DNA of 64,000 nucleotides from Candidatus Microgenomatus sp. (GTDB lineage Bacteria; Patescibacteriota; Microgenomatia; UBA8517): NCBI GenBank assembly GCA_020724585.1, contig DYGS01000001.1, positions 674,535 to 738,534 of the forward strand, read 5' to 3'. Shown piece by piece: positions 1 to 8,900 of this stretch (position 1 is its first letter; each line of letters starts with the position of its first letter). The notes under the pieces were generated by a model. It saw only the letters and a program-made list of their open reading frames with translations, ran no database searches and was not told where the DNA came from. The position numbers and the translations under genes were made by a program.

Positions 1-1
1 T

Positions 2-2773
2 TTAAGTAACGCCAACACCGATACCGAGTGGACAAGCTCCAATTTAGCAGTTACTGATGGTGATGTGACCAGAAACATTGATCAATTTGAAGATGAGGAT
101 GAAGCCATGGTAGGTAATATCACCAAGTTCTATACCTCTGGTTTTGAAACCGACACGGGGGGAACAATGGATACTTCCCTTATTTCTTATTGGCCGCTAA
201 ACGAAACCAGCGGTACCCGAAATGATAGCTATTCAACCAACAACTTAACTGCCAATGGCACCGGAGGTGTAGGATCAGCCACAGGTATAAAGGGTAACGC
301 CGCTGATTTTGAATCCAGTGAAAGTGATTTTTTGGAAATTTCTGATAATGCGGCTCTCTCCACTGGAGACATTGATTTCACTATCTCCACTTGGGTCAAT
401 TTGGAGAGTAAACCTGCAAATCCAATGTCCATTGTCACTAAAAACGATAGTGGTACGGTTAGAGAGTACACCCTTAGATGGCAAAATACAAATGATAGGT
501 TTGAACTGGAGCTGTTTGCTTCTGGAGGAACTTCGGTTTGTATGGTAACAGCTAATAACTTCGGGGCTCCAAGTCTCTCGACATGGTACTTCATTACTGC
601 CTGGCATGACGCTACTGCCAACACTTGCAATATTTCTGTTAATAATGGCACTGCCGATTCAACAGCAGAAACTGGTGTACCTTCGGACACTGCAGCAAAT
701 TTTAGAATTGGTGCTAGACAAACAACAGAAACAAACTTTTTTGACGGCCTCATTGATGAAGTTGGATTTTGGAAAAAAGTCCTTTCTTCAACAGAGAGAA
801 CCGATCTGTACAACTCCGGCAATGCCAACACCTACCCCGCCAGCAATCAATATGCCGAAGATACAATAGCTCCAACAGATATTTCAAATTATGACTATCT
901 AACTTTTTGGATAAGAGCCTCCCAGGTTGGAAGCACTGTCAAAATTGGAATGGGAGAAAGTGCGGCGACAGAGCAGGAAGAATCTATAAAAATTGATTCG
1001 TCTAACACCTGGCAAAAAGTTTACTGGGATTTATCCGATATTCAATCCGGTGCAAGGGATGCAATTACTAAACTGCGCTTTACTAACTTGGTAGCATCAT
1101 CGAACACTATATATATTGATAATGTTCGGGCAGAAAAACTATTATCTGATCCAAATCATTCGAAAATAAGTTCGACGCCTAATAATTACTTGCAATACAG
1201 ACTAATTATGTCTACAACAAACACTGCATATCAACCACAACTGGAAAATATCTATATTGTATATAACGATGGCTACAAAATAGAACAAACTGATTCAAAT
1301 AATGTCCGGCTCTATAATTATACCGGTGAAACTCAGGAGCTTCGGCTTGACGCTATTGTCTTTGGAGCTGACTTGGCTGAGTGGTACACCGTTCTTGACC
1401 CCACTATTGGCCCGGGTGACCTGGTTTCTTTGCAGGGAACGCTTGATGAGTATGGTGTTCCTATTTTGACCAAATCCAGAGGGGTTGCTGATCCCAAACT
1501 TGTGGGAGCAATTTCAACGAAAGCTGGTAAAACCCTCGGAATTGAGGCTGAAAACAGAAGATTATTAGGTTTAGCAGGAAGGATCCCAGTTAAAGTTGAT
1601 CCAGATACAAAAGATATTAAATCAGGTGATGAATTAACATCATCTTCACTACCTGGGTATGCAACACTTGCAATGCCTGGTGATAGATCAATTGGTAAAG
1701 CAGCGGAAAATTGGTCAAAAGAATCCGGCAAGGATACGATCTTAATAATAATTGATAATTCATATGCTCCTGATCCAACAACTATTACCAGTAATATTTA
1801 CCGATATTTATTTAATGCAGGACAATTAATTGATCAAACAACAGATAGAGTTATTGAAAGAATAGGAGCTTTTGCTTTGCTTATTACACCTCAAATCAAA
1901 ACGGAAATTATTTCTCCAATCGCGGATAGCAATCTAATAATTGATCTCGATCCTGAAAACTCCACTTCTTCTGCAAAGCTTGTAATAAAAGGTCAAGATG
2001 ACAAAGAAGTTGCTTCAATTGATAGTAGTGGAAAGGTAATAGCGAATAGTTTAGAAATAACTATGGATGCCACCATATCCGGAACACTGTATGCGGATAA
2101 TATTGAATCAAAAAGACTCGAAGAGATCGAGGCTTTATTAAAAGAGGTTGAAACAAATCAGACGCTTTTGGCTAATAGCCAAAATTGGGAAACCCGTACT
2201 TCCGACAGTCCAGTTGATCTTGCCACATACTATGAATTACGCGCTACTAACTTATTCGTAACTGGTCAAACAGCCATTTCATCAATTTTTATTTCAGATT
2301 TATTGACTGTTAATAAAATTGAATCTCTAGACAGGCCCTTAACAATTCAGTCGTTGGCCGCATCACCTTTGGAAATTATGGCGGGCAAAGTAATAATTGA
2401 TACTGATGGAAATACTAAATTTTTGGGAAATGTAGAAGTTGCTGGGAATTTGAAGGTTAATAATATAATAGTTGCCAATAATGCCGATCCAACAGCAACA
2501 CAGTCGTTAGAAATTGCGCAAGGGGAAATAAATTCAAATGCCACGGCGGGCAAAGCAGTTTTAACAGCAAATACAGAAAAGGTAAGAATAAACAATAACA
2601 AAGTATCTCTTAATACTCTAGTCTATATCACACCTATAACTTCTACACAAAATAAAGTTCTCTATGTTAAAGCTAAAGATGCAGGCTTTTTTGAAGTAGG
2701 CTTTTCTGATACACTGGATACTGATGTCGAATTTAACTGGTGGATTATAGAATTGGAGGAAAATTATGAATAG
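2..2773 (+). CDS. Large secreted/surface protein with concanavalin A-like lectin (LamG) domain. 5'-partial: the frame is open back to the window edge and the ORF track begins at an internal GTG at 65.
   Basis: Continuous ORF in frame 2 from the window start. N-terminal 'ESSESDFLEISD...DFTISTWVNLES...LIDEVGFW' resembles a LamG/ConA-like fold. Long Thr/Asn-rich beta-like C-terminus. Confidence 0.6.
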   Translation, partial: LSNANTDTEWTSSNLAVTDGDVTRNIDQFEDEDEAMVGNITKFYTSGFETDTGGTMDTSLISYWPLNETSGTRNDSYSTNNLTANGTGGVGSATGIKGNAADFESSESDFLEISDNAALSTGDIDFTISTWVNLESKPANPMSIVTKNDSGTVREYTLRWQNTNDRFELELFASGGTSVCMVTANNFGAPSLSTWYFITAWHDATANTCNISVNNGTADSTAETGVPSDTAANFRIGARQTTETNFFDGLIDEVGFWKKVLSSTERTDLYNSGNANTYPASNQYAEDTIAPTDISNYDYLTFWIRASQVGSTVKIGMGESAATEQEESIKIDSSNTWQKVYWDLSDIQSGARDAITKLRFTNLVASSNTIYIDNVRAEKLLSDPNHSKISSTPNNYLQYRLIMSTTNTAYQPQLENIYIVYNDGYKIEQTDSNNVRLYNYTGETQELRLDAIVFGADLAEWYTVLDPTIGPGDLVSLQGTLDEYGVPILTKSRGVADPKLVGAISTKAGKTLGIEAENRRLLGLAGRIPVKVDPDTKDIKSGDELTSSSLPGYATLAMPGDRSIGKAAENWSKESGKDTILIIIDNSYAPDPTTITSNIYRYLFNAGQLIDQTTDRVIERIGAFALLITPQIKTEIISPIADSNLIIDLDPENSTSSAKLVIKGQDDKEVASIDSSGKVIANSLEITMDATISGTLYADNIESKRLEEIEALLKEVETNQTLLANSQNWETRTSDSPVDLATYYELRATNLFVTGQTAISSIFISDLLTVNKIESLDRPLTIQSLAASPLEIMAGKVIIDTDGNTKFLGNVEVAGNLKVNNIIVANNADPTATQSLEIAQGEINSNATAGKAVLTANTEKVRINNNKVSLNTLVYITPITSTQNKVLYVKAKDAGFFEVGFSDTLDTDVEFNWWIIELEENYE

Positions 2774-4640
2774 ATTACCAAAAATAATAGATAAAATAGA
2801 AAGTGCTTTACTTTTAAGTCTTTTATTTTTGTATCCCTTATTCGTAACAACACTTTTTCCCAACCTCTTTGATACATCAAAGTTGCTTTTAATTTCTTTC
2901 GGACTTGGCCTTGTCACCCTTATTAAAGTTGTCAAACTGTTTTTAAAAGATAGTTTTGAATTAAGTATTGGAAAATACGATATCTTTATGCTCTTACTTG
3001 CTCTTATTTTTCTTTTTTCAGGAATTTTTGCCGCGTACAATAAAGTTGAGGCATTTTTCTTGCCCGGAAACGCAAGTTTTGTGATCTTTGCAGTTCTCAT
3101 CTATTTTTACATAAACCAAAAAAGTGAAGACTTTAAATCAAATGCTTTAATTGTTTTAACCGCATCGGTTTTTATTCTCTCGATTTATCAAATCCTAAAT
3201 TTTGTCGGAATAATCTCGCATATCCCCTTTCTTCCTGAGGCGGTAAGGCTCAAAAGTTTTAACCCCATGGGAAATATTTTAAGTTTAATTGTCATCTTAA
3301 TTGCCATTTTGCCTTATTTGTTAGATAAAATTTTAAATAGAAGTGATTTAGCAGAAAAAATTCTTTCAAGCCTCGTTGCCCTTGCTATAATTTCAGGAAC
3401 TATCGTCTCAGCCTTAATGGCCATCCCCGGGAAAGATACATCTGTAACGATACTTAATCTTAAACATGGTTTTCCAATTGCAATTGATTCGCTAAAGGAA
3501 AATCCTATTTTTGGAGTTGGACCATCTTATTTCTCATATGCTTTTAATAAATTTAGACCTCTTGACTTTAACACTACAGACATTTGGGATATTAAGTTTT
3601 TACAAAATTCAAGCCAATTTTTAACTATTTTTACCGAAGTTGGAATTTTGTCAGTTTTGATCTTTGTTTATCTAGGGTATTTACTCTATAAAACCCGCGA
3701 TTTTAAAAACCCACTTTTCATTTCTTTAATTATTTTACTTTTGGGTGTTTTGACTTTGCCAATCTCATTTTCCTCCCTACCTCTTGTCTTTGTACTATTT
3801 GCACTCCAAACCACATCCAAAACATACAAGATGGGCTATTTTGTTAAAAAGATCCCTCAGGTTTTGATTGCTGTCCCTGTTGTGACTGTTGTTTTTTTAG
3901 TTTTTTATTTTTTTGGTAGAGGTTTTTATGCAGAGAATGTCTTTTTGCAAGGCGTCAAAAAACTAAATAGTGGAGATGCCGTTTTGGCCTACGAACTTAT
4001 AAACAAATCCGTAGCCCTAAACCCATATTCGGATAGATTTCACCAGTTTGCCGCCAATTTAAACATCGTAATCGCCCAAAATATGGCACAGAATCAGAAC
4101 TTGACTGACGAAGACAAAAGAAATATTTCAAACTTGATTCAGCAAGCCGTCAGAGAAGGAAAAGCGGCTGTTTCAGTAAATCCTAAAAAAGCAGCCAATT
4201 GGGAGAGCTTGTCTGAAATTTACAGATCAATTATGTCATTTGCAAAAGGGGCCGACACATTTGCCGTTGAATCTCTAAGGCAGGCTATTTCACTTGACCC
4301 TATAAATCCTATTTTAAGAATAAAATTAGGAAGCCTTTACTACAGCCTCGGCAAATATGAAGAGGCCGTTGATGTACTAAAACTTGCAGTTCTTGCTAAA
4401 TCCGACCATCCAAATGCCAGATACAACCTAGCCCTAGCCTATAAAGAAAATAAACAAATAGATAGAGCAAAAGAACAAATTAAAATAGTCTTGGAGCTTT
4501 TAGGTAAAGAGTCAAAAGATTATGAAGTTGCACTTAAAGAACTACAAAATTTGGAAAGTCTAACAGAGCCATCACCCATTCCCGAACCCGCTGAGCCACA
4601 AGTTGAATTACCAACAAACGAAGAAGCTTTGACAAATTAA
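2766..4640 (+). CDS. Polytopic membrane protein (O-antigen ligase/Wzy_C-like) with C-terminal TPR repeats
   Basis: GGAGG ribosome-binding site 8 nt upstream of the ATG. More than 10 hydrophobic helices, then 'LGSLYYSLGKYEEAVDVLKLAV...ARYNLALAYKEN' TPR motifs. Overlaps the upstream gene by 8 nt. Confidence 0.6.
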   Translation: MNRLPKIIDKIESALLLSLLFLYPLFVTTLFPNLFDTSKLLLISFGLGLVTLIKVVKLFLKDSFELSIGKYDIFMLLLALIFLFSGIFAAYNKVEAFFLPGNASFVIFAVLIYFYINQKSEDFKSNALIVLTASVFILSIYQILNFVGIISHIPFLPEAVRLKSFNPMGNILSLIVILIAILPYLLDKILNRSDLAEKILSSLVALAIISGTIVSALMAIPGKDTSVTILNLKHGFPIAIDSLKENPIFGVGPSYFSYAFNKFRPLDFNTTDIWDIKFLQNSSQFLTIFTEVGILSVLIFVYLGYLLYKTRDFKNPLFISLIILLLGVLTLPISFSSLPLVFVLFALQTTSKTYKMGYFVKKIPQVLIAVPVVTVVFLVFYFFGRGFYAENVFLQGVKKLNSGDAVLAYELINKSVALNPYSDRFHQFAANLNIVIAQNMAQNQNLTDEDKRNISNLIQQAVREGKAAVSVNPKKAANWESLSEIYRSIMSFAKGADTFAVESLRQAISLDPINPILRIKLGSLYYSLGKYEEAVDVLKLAVLAKSDHPNARYNLALAYKENKQIDRAKEQIKIVLELLGKESKDYEVALKELQNLESLTEPSPIPEPAEPQVELPTNEEALTN

Positions 4641-4641
4641 G

Positions 4642-4712
4642 TGGACTGTACCAGAATCGAACTGGTGTCTCATCAATGCGAATGATGTGTACTACCACTG
4701 TACTAACAGCCC
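4642..4712 (-). tRNA. tRNA-Ala (anticodon CGC)
   Basis: Minus-strand cloverleaf GGGCTGT...anticodon loop UUCGCAU...T-arm CCAGTTCGATTCTGG...ACAGTCC-A. G3:U70 Ala identity pair. CCA not encoded. Confidence 0.8.
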
Positions 4713-5311
4713 AAATTTTCATTAATTTTATTTTTTAATTTTTTATATTGATGCTTATTTAAACTTAGTTCAGAAACTTCTACTCGTTCATTCATCATTT
4801 CTTCAAAAAAAATAAGGCAGTTATCCAATTTATATTTATGTATTATATTTTTCAAGCTCTTTTTATCAATTTCTCCGCTTGCAAACAAAGACAGTAAATC
4901 CAAAAAATCTTTTTGCCCTTTAACACTTCTTCCTCTCTGATTTAGAGTAAATAGTTTAAGAGCAACAAGCCATTCTTTTTTAAGAACATTAAATCCTTCA
5001 ATTGAAATCGATTGACTGATTAAATCTTCAACAGAAATTCCAAGTTCTGAATAATGTGGTAAATATATGTCAATCTGTATCTCTCCATATCGCGCTTCGT
5101 ATTTTTTCAGTCTTTCGTTTTTATTAAAATCATATTGATCTTTTAATTTAATAATTTCTGAATATTCAACTAATATGTCGATGTCTTTTGATTTTAAAGT
5201 TTTTGAATGTAAGTAAACCGCCCAACCGCCAATCAATACAAAATTAATACTTTTCTTTAATTTTTTAAGCTCCTCCCAACTTTTTTGAGTAACAATATCA
5301 TGGTAGAACAT
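4703..5311 (-). CDS. AbiEii-like nucleotidyltransferase (putative toxin of an AbiE-type toxin-antitoxin/abortive-infection pair)
   Basis: 'LIGGWAVYLHSKTLKSKDIDIL' matches the hG[GS]-x9-13-DhD minimal nucleotidyltransferase motif. Start moved to the internal ATG (MFYHD) preceded by GGAAAGGA. The ORF track gives a longer form to 5362. Confidence 0.55.
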   Translation of the reverse strand: MFYHDIVTQKSWEELKKLKKSINFVLIGGWAVYLHSKTLKSKDIDILVEYSEIIKLKDQYDFNKNERLKKYEARYGEIQIDIYLPHYSELGISVEDLISQSISIEGFNVLKKEWLVALKLFTLNQRGRSVKGQKDFLDLLSLFASGEIDKKSLKNIIHKYKLDNCLIFFEEMMNERVEVSELSLNKHQYKKLKNKINENLGC

Positions 5312-5894
5312 TGTCAATTTTCCTTTCCAACTCTTGCAAAAAATCATTAGCATACCAATCATTCATGTTCCATATATCTACGAATGTTTGAGGTAAACTT
5401 GTTATATTTCCATATTCAAATTGTTTAGAATAGGTATCCAATATAAATAAATTTGGATTTTGATTAGATTTTGGAAAACGATTTTTGACTTTTTCAATAT
5501 TTTTTTCATCAACATAAAAATAGATCTTAGAATAATCTGATGGAGACTCACCCAATATATATTTACCTGCGGTATATCCTCCGATTATTGCTTCAGGCGT
5601 AATTAATCCTTCAATCTCCTGAATAGGCAAATTAATAAAAGTTTGATAAATTATATTCTTTTGTAAATTTCTATGAGTTGCCCAGTAGTAGAGAATTTTT
5701 TTTGCGTCTCGAACAATAAAAAATTTGCCTTTTATGTCAATTGCTCCTATCAAAGCTAATTGCTTAACAGCCAGATTTACTGTACTAGATGAATACCTGA
5801 AATATTCCGTTATTTCTTTTTGAGTGAACTTAAAAATCCGTTTTTCAAGAACAAACCAAAGTATGCGATGCCAAATTGTTTCGATTTTCTTCAT
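5298..5894 (-). CDS. AbiEi-like winged-helix transcriptional regulator (putative antitoxin), overlapping the downstream nucleotidyltransferase gene
   Basis: N-terminal 'FTQKEITEYFRYSSSTVNLAVKQLALIGAI' wHTH. Gene order and overlap with the nucleotidyltransferase gene match AbiEi/AbiEii organisation. Confidence 0.5.
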   Translation of the reverse strand: MKKIETIWHRILWFVLEKRIFKFTQKEITEYFRYSSSTVNLAVKQLALIGAIDIKGKFFIVRDAKKILYYWATHRNLQKNIIYQTFINLPIQEIEGLITPEAIIGGYTAGKYILGESPSDYSKIYFYVDEKNIEKVKNRFPKSNQNPNLFILDTYSKQFEYGNITSLPQTFVDIWNMNDWYANDFLQELERKIDNVLP

Positions 5895-5971
5895 ATAAAA
5901 AGTATTATATTTCGATGTTTATCGAAAGTCAATAGCTGTTGCATTCGTGAAAAAAATGCTATTATAATTTA

Positions 5972-8900
5972 ATGCCTAGAAAGAGGTTAAATTTTGGTGT
6001 TATTGATCCAGTTACCATAATTGGAGTTTTATTTTTGATTACTACTCTTAGTATTGGTACATATGTTGTAGCCGACCAAAAATATAATTTCAACATTCTT
6101 GAAAGAGCCTCAAAATGGAATTTTCTTCCAGATGATGAATTTGACGAACCACTTTCAAGTGGATCACAAAATAACACCTCTTTTAATTGGGATGACGATT
6201 ATCTGACTAAAGATGAAGAAGAATTTATCAAAAAAACACAAAAAGATTCTTTTAACCAACTAAACAAAAAGATAATGATTGAGGAAGAGTCACCCGCACA
6301 ACAATCCATAAATTCCCAATCATCGGCGCCGGCCGGCGGTGGATGCTACATTGATGCAGACAGAACTCTCCCCCAAGAAACCGTAGTTGTTTATAGTAGT
6401 GGTACAAATGACTATAGATATTGCGGTTCAGATGGATGGACAACAGACTGCGATCCAAGTCCAACAAGTGTCCGAACCTGCACACTTGCAGATGTCACCC
6501 CCGGATTTGCCCCCGTCTATATACAGCCTCAATATCGAGAAGCAGTTAACCAAAGGCTCCAAGAGCAGCAAACAGAATGTAGTGCAGGAGGCGAGGTTTG
6601 GCTTGGGAACCAATGTGGAATTGTAGAGTCAAGGGTAGAAACAATTGACCTTTCAAGATTTGGTGAAAATAATGCTACAAATATCGTTATGGACTACAAA
6701 GATTCAACGGGACAAATTATCCAAACAAACACTATACGGGATGTAGATATTACAAATACCATCATTCAAGGGAGAGGTCAAAAAGTAGCTGTAACCACAA
6801 TTAAAGACAGTGATGGAAAAATTATTTCGAGCAATATGACCCCCCTTTTGACGCAATATGATCAAACTGTTGAAAAAGTTGACGATGGGTTTATTAGAGA
6901 CTTTACAACTATACTGAGAAACAGAGATACAAATGAAATTTTAAGTGCTATAACCAAAAGTGTACACACAAAAGACCTAGCACAAATTACACAACCAGTT
7001 ATTCAAAATCGACAAGATTGCATAGTAAATCCGCTCACAGGGCAGTCTTCTTGTACAACAATATCACAAAAAAATGTCCCAATTTACAATTTCACATACT
7101 GTAATAAAGATGGCGCATCTGCTTCAGAAATTGCTGAATGCAATCAAACAATGTCTGGTATCTATAATAATCCAATCGTCGGTCATTATATCCAATCATT
7201 TTCAAATTCAAACGGAATTTTTCGTTGGCAACAACTTGGATACAGCAGCTCAGAAGAGGCAATACAAGACTGTATTAATAAAAATGGTATTAGTGCAAGT
7301 TACGGATGTATGAGAAAAATGACGGGGTACGGGAAAGAACAAGTAATTTCTTCAGTAGATCTTGGTACAAATATTGCAAGTGTTATTACTCTACCTGTTG
7401 CACCAGCAGTATTTGGCACTAAATCACTATTTATGTTAGGAATTGGAACTCTTGGAGGAACAATGACAGTCCAACAGACAAAAAATGCAGTTATTGCACA
7501 AATTGAAAATCCAAGTTTTTTTAAAGCAGGTGAAGATATTAACCCAAATGGTTTCTGGAAAACAATCGATCCTCAGACATATTTAACCGATGCGGGCTAT
7601 CAAACAACAATGGCAGGTTTGGGCTGGTTAAATCTTGGAACAGCAGATAACTTAATAAGAGCTTGGGGACCGACCGGAAATGCAATCATCCAACAAAATG
7701 CAAGAGTTGTAAATACTATCGTCTCAGGAATAAATTTGGCGGTAGATACACCATATGCGGTCAATACTTGCACCACAGCTGGATTATTAACTAGTGATTG
7801 TGCCTTTGCAGGGGGTGTTTTGGCAACAGATATTATTTTTGGAGGGCTTGATTATTTTCAAGGACAATTAACATTAAATCCAATAAGAGCAGTCACAGAA
7901 ACAATTGATTCAATTGCCCCAATAGTTTCAAGAAATGTAGGTACAGATTTTGGTTTAAGAGGCCTTTCAGGTGATATTGGTGGCTGGCCAATCGATTCAA
8001 ATTTACCAATTAGACAAATTGATTCTAGAATATCCGACTTACAAAATCTTATTAATCAAAATCCACCTAGAATCATAATTCCAAGCGATCAAGTCGCATC
8101 AAACCCTGCATGGGATAGAGCCCAAGCAATCTTTAATAACACTGATATCTCTATGCCTTTGGCACCGTACTTACCAGAAAGAATGGCTGATCAAACAGAA
8201 CTTTATATTCTTACTCAATTAGAAAATAGAAATGTTCAAAGCGCTTCTAGCATGCTTTTTGCTCCACAAGAAAAACCTGTAACAGCTCAGAGTTATTTGG
8301 CAGATCTAGGAAATAAAATATTAAACGATGTCAATGAAAGTTTTAGTAACTTCTGGCAAAATAATGTTTATTCTTGGGAGACTGGATTTTTACCACGATG
8401 GATAAATGTAGACAACAATCCAATTGCAAATTTAGTTTTTGGCAGTCCTCAAAGATTTGTAGGCGATCTCCCTACCACCCCACTTACAACAAGAATTGGA
8501 GATTGGATTATAAGACCAGATGAAGTTATAGTAAACATTTCTAATGAATCTCCGTGGCAAAGCATAAATAGAACAGAGGCTGAAATATTAAACGACAGCC
8601 TTCCTATCAAAGGTAAAGTTGTAGATTTGCCACAGTCAAACCCTGAAACAGGTTTAAGTACAGCAATTATTTATAGATCGCCTCAAGAAGGAAGGGTTAC
8701 TGTTTATCGTGGCATTGGCGACCCTGAAACAATTTTTGGCCAAACCGCAAGTTTACTTAGAGGTGATCCAAATAATGCCGATTTAAGAATTGCTGTTAAA
8801 AACTTTGCAGATGATCCATCACCTGAGACGTTTAATGCAATAAAACAACTAATAAAAGATCCTGAAGGAATAAATGACATTCAAAGAGTTGAAGAAGAAA

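Noticed and set aside
229-1731. Antisense or nested ORFs inside the LamG-domain gene (229-831, 275-607, 309-548, 606-869, 1333-1731)
   Set aside because: They overlap the long, coherent plus-strand ORF in other frames or on the opposite strand, have no motifs, and are typical shadow ORFs.
2618-3100. 160-aa minus-strand ORF overlapping the 902-aa/624-aa gene junction
   Set aside because: Antisense to two well-supported genes. Low-complexity Lys/Ile-rich translation from AT-rich sequence.
4534-4722. 62-aa minus-strand ORF
   Set aside because: Fully overlaps tRNA-Ala(CGC) and the 3' end of the upstream gene. Spurious.
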